Notes under the pieces: model-generated
Database searches by the model: none
Seen by the model: only the letters and a program-made list of their open reading frames with translations
Told to the model about the DNA's origin: nothing
Part shown: one piece after another, positions 1 through 8,514 of the stretch
Layout of the letters: every line of letters begins with the position of its first letter
How positions within the stretch are numbered: the stretch's first letter is position 1
Source of the DNA: an uncultured Candidatus Saccharibacteria bacterium
GTDB lineage: Bacteria > Patescibacteriota > CALEFQ01
Length of the DNA stretch: 64,000 bases
NCBI GenBank assembly: GCA_965230955.1
Contig: OZ246404.1
Location: 97,184-161,183 of the forward strand
Direction: 5' to 3'
Translations under genes and position numbers: made by a program

Positions 1-537
1 ACGTTGCCGTTTTTCCTGGTGGGGGCGACTCGGTTTTTCGATCAGTTTTTCATACCGATACTGAAAAACAGGGCGGTTTTTTGCGGATTAGCGGCGTTGG
101 CTTTACTGGCCGTATTTACTACCGGTTCCTTCGCCCAAACACTTAAGCGGAGTTTCACTGAAAACGAGATTTTTTCCGCGGCGGACATCCCGGTCAGCGC
201 CGTGCGCGAACTGAAAAATTTACGCTTGTCGGGCAACATGCTAAATGAATACAATTGGGGCGGATATTTGATTTGGCGCGCGCCGGAATACCCGGTATTC
301 ATTGACGGCCGAACGCCTCATTGGAAACAGGATGGGAAGAATTTGCTCCAGGAATTTTTGGATACGGTCAATTACCAAGAGAGCGCCATGGCCACTTTAG
401 AAAAATACGAAATTTCCTTTCTTTTTTTGCAACCCGGAAGACCTCTGATTCAGGCGCTGAAAAATGATCCGGCTTGGGAGATGCTGTATAGTGATGATAA
501 GGCGGTGATTATGAGGCAGGTAACCGGTAACAGGTAA
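1..537 (+). CDS. hypothetical protein, C-terminal fragment (gene starts upstream of window); hydrophobic N-terminal stretch
   Basis: ORF 4..537 runs from the window edge; no recognisable motif. A GTAAC-repeat arm overlaps its 3' end. Confidence 0.4.
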   Translation, partial: TLPFFLVGATRFFDQFFIPILKNRAVFCGLAALALLAVFTTGSFAQTLKRSFTENEIFSAADIPVSAVRELKNLRLSGNMLNEYNWGGYLIWRAPEYPVFIDGRTPHWKQDGKNLLQEFLDTVNYQESAMATLEKYEISFLFLQPGRPLIQALKNDPAWEMLYSDDKAVIMRQVTGNR

Positions 538-590
538 TAAAATGGTTTTTTCCTATTTGTTACTTGTTACCTGTTACTTGTTACTTGTTT
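512..590. repeat. (GTAAC)n palindromic cassette, copy 1 (left arm overlaps the CDS 3' end)
   Basis: ggtaaccggtaacaggtaa taaaatggttttttcctattt gttacttgttacctgttacttgttacttg. Confidence 0.6.
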
Positions 591-603
591 TCTGCCTAAG
601 ACT

Positions 604-632
604 TCTTCGCCCTTGACAGAGTTGTCGTAGTA
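604..632 (+). promoter_or_regulatory. sigma70-like promoter TTGACA-17-TACAAT in the gap between convergent genes
   Basis: TTGACA at 604-609, TACAAT at 627-632, 17 nt spacer; no CDS downstream on + strand. Confidence 0.45.
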
Positions 633-1060
633 TGATACAATGCACGGTTCTTGAGAAATCGAGAACGGAGGCGCTCCGGCGCCGAGTGCGTTCGGAGCGC
701 CAAACCTTATGGGGTCGTTGGTCTTTGGTCTTTAGCCATTCTACTGAAATATTATGGCCAAAGACTAAAGACAAAAGGCCAAAGGCATTGAGAAGTGTTG
801 ACAATCTCTGATATCACTGCTACACTTGCCTAAATTTCAAACCAGACAAATATAAACCATCGCGGTTTTAAAAGGTGTTTTGGTTCTAGATCCAAATTCC
901 CTCCTCTTCTACATGGTCCGGTGATTTCCGGTAAAGGATTTATTCCTGCTGGATAGCAAGCTCTCCTTGCGTTTTAACCGGGCCAGTTACAAGGGGAGGT
1001 TTTTTGTTTTAGGCAAAAATTAAAAGGGAACGCTGGGGCGTCCCCTAATGAGCTGAAGCT

Positions 1061-1552
1061 CTAGTGACAGATGCACAAGTAGGTAGTGGTGATAGAGATG
1101 CTCGGCGGAATCTCGTCCTTTTTATGCTTGGTGATCTGGAACTGACTTCGTAAATGGAAGCAGTAATCGGAATTGAAGATTTTCAGCCGAGATCTTATCT
1201 GAATCCGCATGCACTCGCACAGAAATGTTGATTCCTGCTCAAGTAGTGCTTTGCTGGCGCAGTAAGTTGCGGAATTTTCTTTCAGCCCCTGTTTGCAGGA
1301 CAGGCAGGTTTCTCCAATTTTCTGCTGTTTTCGGTGCCAAAGAGTGAACAGCGTTTTTTCCATTTCGGTCATCGTGCCGACGATTTCTTCGTCTGGAGCC
1401 AGATCACTTTCCGGTGCGATAAATTGACCTGAATTCATGATCGCATCGATTTCTGCCAACAGTAGTTTCAACGGTTCTGCGTAAGGCTTTGTTTCCTTTC
1501 CTGGTTTCCGCATAGCCCAGTCCTCCTGTGGATGGTGCTTGCCCAATTGCAA
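1061..1552 (-). CDS. hypothetical Cys-containing protein (possible zinc-binding C-terminal region)
   Basis: 163 aa ORF; C-terminal CLSCKQG...YCASK...FLCEC cysteine pattern; no family recognised. Confidence 0.4.
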   Translation of the reverse strand: MQLGKHHPQEDWAMRKPGKETKPYAEPLKLLLAEIDAIMNSGQFIAPESDLAPDEEIVGTMTEMEKTLFTLWHRKQQKIGETCLSCKQGLKENSATYCASKALLEQESTFLCECMRIQIRSRLKIFNSDYCFHLRSQFQITKHKKDEIPPSISITTTYLCICH

Positions 1553-1634
1553 GACTTAGTAATTTATCATATTTATGCTTTCTGTCAACAAAGGCCACTT
1601 CTTGCCATAATGACGCCGTTATTTTATACTGCCA

Positions 1635-2570
1635 GTGATGCGAAATCTTACATTTGTTGTCGGTTCTGAGGAATCTTGCTTGCGGCTGGATAAATTTTTG
1701 GCGGAAAAATTATCGGAATATTCTCGCAGTACCATCCAGGGGTTTATCGAGGCGGGGCGAGTTCGCGTCAGCGGAGTAATCGCGCTGAAAGTTTCCCGAG
1801 AAGTTTCCCCGGGCGATGAGATTAAGCTCCAGATCGATGAGATCGAGCGCGAGATCAAGCCCCAGCCGGAAATCGAATTCGAAGTGCTTGATGAACAGCC
1901 GGATTTCCTAATCATCAATAAGCCGATGGGTCTGGTGGTTCATCCCGGTAGCGGCAATTTGGAGGGCACGCTGGCCAACGGTTTGGTGGCTCGTTATCCG
2001 GAAATAAAGAAAGTGGGGGAGGATTTTCTGCGTCCCGGAATCGTCCATCGACTGGACAAGGAAACTTCCGGAATCATGTTGGTGGCGCGAACTCAGGTCG
2101 GATATAACCATCTCAAATCTCAGTTTAAAGAACATCAAATAGAGAAAACATACCTGGCGCTACTTGAGGGAGCCTTGGAAAAAGGCCAAGGCGTGATTGA
2201 AGGATTCATGAAACGCTCGACCAATGTACCCGTTAAGAGGGAATTGCTTGAAGGTGATGAGAGTGAAGTTCCTTCGGCTTTTCAAGAAAATGCCCGGACA
2301 CAATCCGGGAAATTTTCCAAGACGATTTATCGGGTTTTGAAAAAAAAAGCCGATCTGACGTTGGTGGAAGCTCGGCCGCAAACGGGGCGGATGCACCAAC
2401 TTCGGGTTCATTTTTCCTCTCTCCAACATCCGATTGTCGGTGATAAGCTTTATGGCCGGCGTGATCAGGCGGGACCATTGATGTTGCTGGCGTGGAAAAT
2501 CAGATTCAAAGATTTGAATAACATTTGGCGGGAATACGAAGTCCCAGTGGATAATAGATTTGTTTTGTAA
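1635..2570 (+). CDS. rluD: RluA-family 23S rRNA pseudouridine synthase (RluD-like) with N-terminal S4 domain
   Basis: HRLDKETSGIMLVA catalytic motif (RluA family HRLD..TSG); S4-like N-terminus LRLDKFLAEKL; 311 aa. Confidence 0.85.
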   Translation: MMRNLTFVVGSEESCLRLDKFLAEKLSEYSRSTIQGFIEAGRVRVSGVIALKVSREVSPGDEIKLQIDEIEREIKPQPEIEFEVLDEQPDFLIINKPMGLVVHPGSGNLEGTLANGLVARYPEIKKVGEDFLRPGIVHRLDKETSGIMLVARTQVGYNHLKSQFKEHQIEKTYLALLEGALEKGQGVIEGFMKRSTNVPVKRELLEGDESEVPSAFQENARTQSGKFSKTIYRVLKKKADLTLVEARPQTGRMHQLRVHFSSLQHPIVGDKLYGRRDQAGPLMLLAWKIRFKDLNNIWREYEVPVDNRFVL

Positions 2571-2645
2571 ACGTAAAACGAAAGACGTAAAATGTAAAAT
2601 TAAGAATAGCTAATTTTACATTTTACGTTTTACATTTTACGTTAA
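2571..2645. repeat. AT-rich imperfect palindrome (cgtaaaatgtaaaat / attttacattttacg), member of window-wide AT-palindrome family; likely terminator of rluD
   Basis: Inverted-repeat arms visible directly in sequence. Confidence 0.6.
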
Positions 2646-2649
2646 AGAT

Positions 2650-3177
2650 ATGGTGCCAATTATCGTCAACGGTCGCGCCGGTAGCGGCAAGTCGACAATT
2701 ATCAAAAAACTTTCAGAGGCGCTACAACTGCCAGCGGTTGATGTCGGCCAAATGTTTAGGGCGGCGGCTCGAGAGAAAAAAATGGAGCTGGCCGAATTCG
2801 GCCGCTATCGCGATACCCACCATGAGGTCGACCGCGAGATTGACACCCGGGTGATGAACGCGATTAAAGGGGGCGATAAGATTGTACAGTCTCGGACGAT
2901 TCCTTATCTTTTCAAAAAAGAAAAACAGCCTTATTTCGGGGTTTTTCTGGAGGTGACGGCGGAAACTCAGGCCAAGCGGATTGCCGAGCGCGACAAAATC
3001 GGCGTCGATCAAGCGCGGCAAAATAACGCTTTGCGCGATGCGGCGGACAGCGCGCGTTACCAAAAAATTTACGGCATTGACATTTCAGACCTTTCCGTTT
3101 ACCATCTAGTAGTTGCCACGGATGATAAGACGCCCGATCAAATAGCGGAAATCATCCTGGAGCAGCTGCCTAAGTAG
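2650..3177 (+). CDS. cmk: cytidylate kinase-like P-loop nucleotide kinase (short form)
   Basis: P-loop GRAGSGKST near N-terminus, followed by LSEAL...VDVGQMFR, like the Cmk GPSGAGKGT...D.G..YR pattern; 175 aa. Confidence 0.55.
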   Translation: MVPIIVNGRAGSGKSTIIKKLSEALQLPAVDVGQMFRAAAREKKMELAEFGRYRDTHHEVDREIDTRVMNAIKGGDKIVQSRTIPYLFKKEKQPYFGVFLEVTAETQAKRIAERDKIGVDQARQNNALRDAADSARYQKIYGIDISDLSVYHLVVATDDKTPDQIAEIILEQLPK

Positions 3178-3231
3178 AATTTACTTGTTTTAATGGAGCG
3201 TTGTGGTTTTGCGACAGCGCCTTACAATTTT

Positions 3232-3774
3232 ATGAGTTATCAAAAAATCAACGAATTTACTAAGTCTCAGCGAAAAGAAGTCCCGGAAATTATGACCGGA
3301 CAGACCGTGAAAGTCCATCAGAAAGTCAAAGAAGGGGACAAAGAACGGATTCAGATTTTTGAAGGCCTGGTTATCGCTCAGCATGCCGGACACGGACAGA
3401 GCGCGACCTTTACCGTGCGAAAAGTATCTGATGGCATTGGAGTTGAAAGAATTTTTCCGCTCCATTCTCCGGCCATTGATAAAATTGAAGTAACAAAGAC
3501 CTCTAAAGTTCGCCGGTCCAAACTTTATTATATGCGCGAGCGTGATATTCGGGTTAAGGAAGATTCCGATCAGCACGATAAGTATCTCAAGCGGGCCGCG
3601 GTGATCGATCAAAAACGAAAAGTGGATCGTGAAAAGAAAAAGGCGGAAGATGAACGGCGGGCGGCAATCAAGGCAGAACGCGAAGCTAAAGCGGCGGCGA
3701 AAGCCAAGGCGGAAGCTGAAGCAAAAAAAGAAGAAGCCAAGCCGGCTGAAAAACCTAAAGAAGAAAAGAAATAG
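3232..3774 (+). CDS. rplS: 50S ribosomal protein bL19 with Lys/Ala/Glu-rich C-terminal tail
   Basis: [25 protein letters not shown]...[28 protein letters not shown] matches the bL19 core. Start taken at MSYQ (3232) rather than the upstream ORF start. Confidence 0.85.
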   Translation: MSYQKINEFTKSQRKEVPEIMTGQTVKVHQKVKEGDKERIQIFEGLVIAQHAGHGQSATFTVRKVSDGIGVERIFPLHSPAIDKIEVTKTSKVRRSKLYYMRERDIRVKEDSDQHDKYLKRAAVIDQKRKVDREKKKAEDERRAAIKAEREAKAAAKAKAEAEAKKEEAKPAEKPKEEKK

Positions 3775-3834
3775 AAATTTTTCTTTTTGAATTTTGCACT
3801 TGCTTGCGCAAGCAAGTTATGAATTCCCAGTGGT

Positions 3835-3906
3835 CCTCGTGGCTCGACTACGCCCCTTCGGGGCTTCGTCGGGTAAACTCTATTGTCATACTCAGAAAAT
3901 TTTCGT
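3835..3906 (+). mobile_element. small insertion at tRNA-Leu 5' end: 9 nt duplicate of the tRNA 5' end (cctcgtggc) followed by a CTACG/CTTCG-box GC hairpin (3845-3871)
   Basis: cctcgtggc at 3835-3843 repeats tRNA-Leu positions 3-11; hairpin cgaCTACGcccc ttcg ggggCTTCGtcg. Confidence 0.45.
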
Positions 3907-3992
3907 GCCCTCGTGGCGGAATTGGCATACGCGGCAGCTTGAGGGGCTGTGCCCGTAAGGGCGTGTGGGTTCAAATCCCACCGAGGGCACCA
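3907..3992 (+). tRNA. tRNA-Leu(GAG), class II with long variable arm
   Basis: Acceptor GCCCTCG/CGAGGGC, anticodon stem GCAGC/GCTGT, loop TTGAGGG, variable hairpin GCCC-GTAA-GGGC, T-arm GTGGG TTCAAAT CCCAC, CCA encoded. Confidence 0.85.
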
Positions 3993-4071
3993 TGTAGCGA
4001 GAGTTAGCACTGTTTGATGTAGCCGTAGCGGGGATGGGAAGGGACGATAATGATGCACCGATCAGGTGGCT

Positions 4072-4162
4072 CCAAAGTTAAAAGTTTTAAAGATCAAAAT
4101 TCAAAACATCGGTTTTAGTATTTTAGCTTTAAACTTCCTTTGAACTTTGATTTTTAAGCTTT
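4072..4162. repeat. AT-rich imperfect palindrome between tRNA-Leu and tRNA-Val
   Basis: caaagttaaaagttttaaagatcaaaattcaaaac ... gctttaaacttcctttgaactttg. Confidence 0.55.
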
Positions 4163-4182
4163 CACACGCTGGTGTGTGATTT

Positions 4183-4259
4183 GGGCAGTTAGCTCAGTTG
4201 GTTAGAGCATCTCGTTTACACCGAGGGGGTCGGGGGTTCAAATCCCTCACTGCCCACCA
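4183..4259 (+). tRNA. tRNA-Val(TAC)
   Basis: GGGCAGT TA GCTC AGTTGGTTA GAGC A TCTCG TTTACAC CGAGG GGGTC GGGGG TTCAAAT CCCTC ACTGCCC A CCA. Confidence 0.85.
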
Positions 4260-4343
4260 AGTCAGTTCTTAGTTATTAGTTCTTAGATTTCAGGCAGGTA
4301 AAAACCTGATTTCTAAAAACTGAGATCTAAGAACTAATAAAAC

Positions 4344-4459
4344 GCCGAGGTAGCTTCCTACTACGCTTAGCTTCGCTAAGCTTCGTAGGGCAGGCAGTGC
4401 GGTTAATCTACGCTAGCGCTTTACGGGCCCAAAGCCCGACAAAGCCTTGGCGTAGGCGG
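4344..4459 (+). mobile_element. insertion at tRNA-Phe 5' end: 12 nt tRNA-Phe 5' fragment (gccgaggtagct) followed by a ~100 nt element with CTACG/CTTCG-box hairpin and a cttcgtagggcaggcagtgcggtta block
   Basis: gccgaggtagct at 4344-4355 equals tRNA-Phe positions 1-12; the element shares its ends with the tRNA-Val insert at 13995-14117. Confidence 0.5.
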
Positions 4460-4507
4460 GCCGAGGTAGCTCAGTGGTACCTGCCTGCCGGCAGGGAGCA
4501 CAGCACT
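4460..4507 (+). other. partial 5' copy of tRNA-Phe (positions 1-33, to the anticodon loop) with a 16 nt GC hairpin (cctgcctgccggcagg, 4480-4495) inserted in the D-loop
   Basis: gccgaggtagctcagtggta[cctgcctgccggcagg]gagcacagcact, identical to tRNA-Phe 4759-4791 apart from the insert. Confidence 0.6.
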
Positions 4508-4516
4508 AAAAACAAT

Positions 4517-4758
4517 ATGGAGGGATACAAAATTTATGTTCTAAAATCTGAGATCGATGGCCGTCTGTATGTGGGCCTTAGTCAAAACGTCAATAAGCGT
4601 TTGGCTGACCATAAATTTGGTAGGGTATTTGCCACTAAAGGATATAGGCCATGGAAATTAATTTATTCGGAATTTATTGGGTCGAGGAAACACGCTAGAC
4701 GGCGAGAAAAATTTCTCAAAAGTGGCTGCGGAAAAGAATATTTAAAATTTAAACTAAC

Positions 4759-4768
<10 letters not shown>
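4517..4768 (+). CDS. stand-alone GIY-YIG nuclease (YhbQ/URI-domain-like, 83 aa); its last codons and stop lie inside tRNA-Phe
   Basis: YKIYVLKS...GRLYVGLSQNVNKRLADH...REKFLKSGCG = GIY-YIG signature; ATG at 4517; TAG stop at 4766-4768 is inside the tRNA-Phe 5' end. Confidence 0.8.
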
Positions 4769-4830
<62 letters not shown>

Positions 4831-4833
<3 letters not shown>

Positions 4834-5029
4834 GACTACGCTCCGCTTCGCGGAGCTTCGTCTGGCAGGCCAGACTTTTTCCTCACTGTGAGTTTACCCG
4901 CCGTAGCCCCCGCCGAATCGGCGGGCGAAGGCGGGTCTGGCAGGCCAGATTGTTATATAGTATAATTTACCCAGCGGCGGTCCGCAGTCAGCGGGCCTGC
5001 CCGCCGTAGTCCGCCTTGGGCGGACGTAG
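4831..5029. repeat. cluster of GC-rich hairpins with CG(A/T)AG boxes between tRNA-Phe and tRNA-Gly (4831-4866, 4896-4937, 4995-5029), plus two copies of gtctggcaggccaga
   Basis: ccagaCTACGctccgc ttcg gcggagCTTCGtctgg; cccgcCGTAGccc[ccgccgaatcggcgg]gCGAAGgcggg; cccgcCGTAGtccgcc ttgg ggcggaCGTAGgcggg (the last arm overlaps the tRNA-Gly 5' end). Confidence 0.55.
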
Positions 5030-5104
<75 letters not shown>

Positions 5105-5220
5105 GCACAAAGCTGGCTTCAACAAACATAAGTGTCAGTTAACGCTGAATATACTAATTACTGGGGCTTGCCCTTCGTAGCTCGAGCGTTAGCGAGAGCG
5201 AAGTAGGGTCTCCCGCTCCA
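5105..5220 (+). mobile_element. ~100 nt insert after tRNA-Gly bounded by a 14 nt direct repeat of the tRNA 3' end (ggtctcccgctcca at 5091-5104 and 5207-5220); contains a CGTAG/CGAAG hairpin
   Basis: Direct repeat read from sequence; hairpin ccTTCGTAGctcgagcgttagcgagagCGAAGTAGg. Confidence 0.45.
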
Positions 5221-5403
5221 CCTTCGATGCGCTCCTCGCTTTGTTTGGAGCTTACTCGGGTTTGTGGTACCGTAAAATAATATTGATGTGTACCAGCCCT
5301 TAGCTAGGCCTGAGTTTGTCGAAGGGCAACCGGTATTTGTGGTTGATGTTATCCTGGTTCTTCGATATAATATTCTTGAACACAAAATATTAATAAAAAT
5401 TTC

Positions 5404-5568
5404 ATGGACGAACAAAAAAATTCCAATCCCAAGCCAATCGACCAGAAGCACTTAAGCGTTTGGATTGGCGTGACAATTATCGCGATTGTCGGTATGTCGG
5501 TAGTTTTCTTCATGTTATACATGGCCAGCCATCCACAGGCGACATTCTTAATCGGTGCGCACCTCTAG
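5404..5568 (+). CDS. possible small membrane protein (54 aa, one TM)
   Basis: ATG at 5404 preceded by a TATAAT-like box; MDEQKNSNPKPIDQKHLSVWIGVTIIAIVGMSVVFFMLY...; below the ORF-track length cutoff. Confidence 0.3.
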   Translation: MDEQKNSNPKPIDQKHLSVWIGVTIIAIVGMSVVFFMLYMASHPQATFLIGAHL

Positions 5569-5612
5569 TTTTGGCTCTAATAGCGGTTGTGGACGAGCGG
5601 TGGCTAAGTCGG

Positions 5613-5640
5613 TTGACATAATCTGCCTGTTTGCTATCAT
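5613..5640 (+). promoter_or_regulatory. sigma70-like promoter TTGACA-16-TATCAT upstream of the 3D-domain gene, followed by a ~120 nt structured leader
   Basis: TTGACA 5613-5618; TATCAT 5635-5640. Confidence 0.4.
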
Positions 5641-5769
5641 ACACTCTCGAGGCATCCTTCATGAGGATGCTTCTTAGTTACCCTTACCTTGTTCTAGGTA
5701 GGGGCAAGACCGAATAAAAGGTTTCGTATTATTAAACAAGGAAAACCAGCTATTCGAAATCAAATTAGC

Positions 5770-6480
5770 ATGATGAAGCGTTTTGTGGACGGGCTGTATC
5801 AACGGCCGATCGTTCAAAAAGCGTTGACGCAAGCTAAAAAGACCCCTTATGCCGCGCTTTTCGCGGCCGCCGTAATCCTGACAATCTTGATTGTCAGCGG
5901 CGTCGGGACGGTCAAACAAGCGCTGGCCGCTCGATCATCCAAACCCAAACTTGATTTTCCGGCTGATCGCGTCGTGGTTCAACAGCGCAAAGAACTCAAA
6001 GACGAATTACAAAATAAACTGGCACAGGCGCGGCAAGTCAAAGCTACCCAGAAAACCAAGCAAAATACCCCTTCGGCCAGTCAGTTGCTTGAGGCTAGGA
6101 AACAATCGCGCTTGATAGCGTTTAATCGTCAACAGAGTACTCAGCGAGCGACTCGATCGGTTGACAGCGCCAATTACAGCGGCGGCAATACCAAGACCGG
6201 TACCGCCTATACTCCCGATCCGGCTGAGAATGGCGGCTCCCATAATACCGCGACTGGTGAAAATTTGACGGAATTACTTAATCGCGGCGAAAAAGTGGTG
6301 GCCTCAAATGATTATAAGCTCGGAACGAAACTCAAGATCAATGGCCAGTGGTATACCGTGAAGGATCGGATGGCCCGTAGCGGCAAAGTGGACTTCCTGG
6401 TTCGCACTAAAGCCGAGGCCAGTAAGATCGGCCGCCAAACGATCAAGATTGAAGACGTGAAAGCTCCCGGACAGAAATAA
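5770..6480 (+). CDS. membrane-anchored 3D (MltA-like Asp-rich) domain protein, putative cell-wall-associated
   Basis: N-terminal TM; C-terminal GENLTELLNRGEKVVASNDYKLGTKLKINGQWYTVKDRMARSGKVDFLV resembles the 3D domain. Confidence 0.55.
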   Translation: MMKRFVDGLYQRPIVQKALTQAKKTPYAALFAAAVILTILIVSGVGTVKQALAARSSKPKLDFPADRVVVQQRKELKDELQNKLAQARQVKATQKTKQNTPSASQLLEARKQSRLIAFNRQQSTQRATRSVDSANYSGGNTKTGTAYTPDPAENGGSHNTATGENLTELLNRGEKVVASNDYKLGTKLKINGQWYTVKDRMARSGKVDFLVRTKAEASKIGRQTIKIEDVKAPGQK

Positions 6481-6585
6481 GAAAGTTTCGATAACAAAAT
6501 CCCCCTTCGAAAGATGAGGGGATTTTGTGTTTGGGCGGTAAATTTATGAAAGCGTTCCGCCTTCGGCGGAGTGACTTTTTGTCAC

Positions 6586-6601
6586 TCCTCCTTCGCCCTC
6601 G
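6586..6601 (+). repeat. 16 nt repeat tcctccttcgccctcg (second copy at 7039-7054), each just after a hairpin + T-run
   Basis: Exact 16-mer twice within the 780 nt ORF-free block. Confidence 0.5.
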
Positions 6602-6651
6602 GGAACCTCGGGCTTCGGCAGACAAGCCAAAAAGTGCACCGTGAAAAAGCT

Positions 6652-6695
6652 TGCCTGCCGTAGTCCCGCTCGTATGGCGGGACGTAGGCAGGTGC
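6652..6695. repeat. CGTAG/CGTAG-box GC hairpin
   Basis: cctgcCGTAGtcccgc tcgtatg gcgggaCGTAGgcagg. Confidence 0.5.
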
Positions 6696-6804
6696 CGGGG
6701 GAATTAAGTCGCCATCGTAGTGGTCAGCTCTTTTGCCTTCGGTTTGGGCTCCTGGAATTCCCCCGGACCCCAGGGGTGCTTATTATAGGCAAATACCACG
6801 TAGC

Positions 6805-6833
6805 TTTGTCATTTTTTATGGATTTGCTATAAT
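6805..6833 (+). promoter_or_regulatory. extended -10 promoter (TGcTATAAT) inside the ORF-free block upstream of metK
   Basis: TATAAT 6828-6833 with TG at 6825-6826; weak -35 TTTGTC. Confidence 0.35.
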
Positions 6834-6999
6834 ACACTTATCATCCTTAACCAGTCCGACGCTTTTTCCCAAAAGGGTTTTAATGGTTCTTATCTTTTGT
6901 CTTTGTCTAAAACTAATCAATTGCTTGATTAGCGGGCCAGAGACGAAGGTTGCTTCATTAAAATTCTTTTGTTCCTAAGGTAAAATTTTATTTTGCCAT

Positions 7000-7038
7000 G
7001 GGGACAGGCGTGACTGGGTTACCTACCCAGTTTTTTTA
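7000..7038 (+). terminator. intrinsic terminator-like hairpin + T-run (gactgggttacctacccag ttttttt)
   Basis: Stem ctgggt/acccag followed by T7. Confidence 0.5.
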
Positions 7039-7125
7039 TCCTCCTTCGCCCTCGTTATTTCACCATATTATGGTGAAGCGGGCTGGGAGGAACTCTTGGA
7101 TCCCGGTGGGGATTCGAGCGGTGGC

Positions 7126-7160
7126 TTCGGCCTGCGCCGACCGAAGTCGGCTACGGCCGA
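7126..7160. repeat. CGAAG/CGTAG-box GC hairpin in metK leader
   Basis: ccgacCGAAGtcggc tacg gccgaCGTAGgtcgg. Confidence 0.5.
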
Positions 7161-7263
7161 CGTAGGTCGGAGGATTCCGCTCCGCGGATTTTCTCTTGCT
7201 ACTGCCGAGAGTTTACACTCGCGGAGCTTCATGTGCGGAAAATACTCGGACAAAAACAATTGT

Positions 7264-8424
7264 ATGAAGCAGGGACACTATCTTTTCACCTCGGAATCGG
7301 TGACCGAGGGTCACCCGGACAAGCTCGCCGATCAAATTTCAGACGCGGTACTCGATGCCTTCTATGCTCAGGATCCCCAGGCTCGAGTCGCTTGCGAGAC
7401 GGCGGTTAAGACCGGGCAAGTCTTGGTCTTCGGTGAAATCACCAGCACTGCCACGGTGGAAATACCGGCGGTTGTGCGCCAGGCGATTCTCGATGTCGGC
7501 TACGATCGTTCGGAGTATGGTCTTGATGGACGCAGTTGCGGCATCAATGTCGCGCTCGAACAGCAAAGTCCCGATATTTCTCAGGGGGTGAGCCAGGGGA
7601 AAGGATTGCATAAATCCCAGGGCGCTGGCGACCAGGGTTTGATGTTCGGTTACGCCACCAATGAAACGGAAGAGCTGATGCCGCTGCCGATAATGCTCGC
7701 TCACCGGTTGACGGAGCGGCTGGCTCAAGCGCGAAAAAACGGGCAGATAAAATGGCTGCGGCCGGACGGAAAATCGCAGGTGACGGTGGAATATGACGAG
7801 AAAGATCGGCCGGTGCGGGTTGATACGGTAGTGGTTTCGGCCCAGCATAGTCCCGATGTTTCTCATGCCCAAATCGAGAAAACGATTATCAATAAAATTA
7901 TTAAACCGACTTGCGGAAAATGGCTCGACCGGAAGACGGTGTATCACATTAATCCGACCGGGCGTTTCGTCATTGGCGGTCCGCAGGGCGATGCCGGACT
8001 CACCGGTCGTAAAATCATCGTCGATACTTACGGCGGAATGGGACGGCATGGTGGGGGAGCTTTTTCCGGCAAGGATCCGACCAAAGTCGACCGTTCGGCG
8101 GCTTACGCGGCGCGGTATGTGGCCAAGAATATTGTGGCGGCGGGGCTGGCGGGAAAATGCGAAGTCCAAATCGCTTATGCGATCGGCGTGGCGGAGCCGG
8201 TTTCGGTCAATGTCAAAACTTTCGATACGGGGAAGATTTCGGAAGATAAAATCAGCCGGCTGGTGGAGGGAAATTTCGATCTGACGCCGGCGGGAATAAT
8301 CGATCATCTCAAATTGCGCCGGCCGATTTACCGAAAAACGGCGTCCTATGGGCATTTCGGCCGAGAGGACAAAGATTTTACCTGGGAGAAGACCGATAAG
8401 AAGAAAAAGCTGAAACAAAAATAG
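7264..8424 (+). CDS. metK: S-adenosylmethionine synthetase
   Basis: [41 protein letters not shown] and [19 protein letters not shown] motifs; start taken at MKQGH (7264). Confidence 0.9.
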   Translation: MKQGHYLFTSESVTEGHPDKLADQISDAVLDAFYAQDPQARVACETAVKTGQVLVFGEITSTATVEIPAVVRQAILDVGYDRSEYGLDGRSCGINVALEQQSPDISQGVSQGKGLHKSQGAGDQGLMFGYATNETEELMPLPIMLAHRLTERLAQARKNGQIKWLRPDGKSQVTVEYDEKDRPVRVDTVVVSAQHSPDVSHAQIEKTIINKIIKPTCGKWLDRKTVYHINPTGRFVIGGPQGDAGLTGRKIIVDTYGGMGRHGGGAFSGKDPTKVDRSAAYAARYVAKNIVAAGLAGKCEVQIAYAIGVAEPVSVNVKTFDTGKISEDKISRLVEGNFDLTPAGIIDHLKLRRPIYRKTASYGHFGREDKDFTWEKTDKKKKLKQK

Positions 8425-8514
8425 GAAATACGGAAAACAGAGTCGGCTTCTTGTCGGCTCTGTTTTTTTGTGATATAATTCAATAACGGTTAAAAACTAA
8501 CCAAAATAAAATTT

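Noticed and set aside
590-1060. Calling the promoter-driven intergenic transcript RNase P RNA, tmRNA, SRP RNA or 6S RNA
   Set aside because: None of the universal signatures seen (GGAAAGUCCGG, tRNA-like 3' end with TTCAANT + CCA, SRP domain IV motif). Kept only as an unclassified candidate.
6990-7263. SAM riboswitch upstream of metK
   Set aside because: I could not find the SAM-I four-way junction consensus or SAM-II/IV/V cores by eye. Left as an unexplained leader rather than called.
7339-8418. 359 aa minus-strand ORF
   Set aside because: Antisense to metK, whose identity is unambiguous; no motifs.
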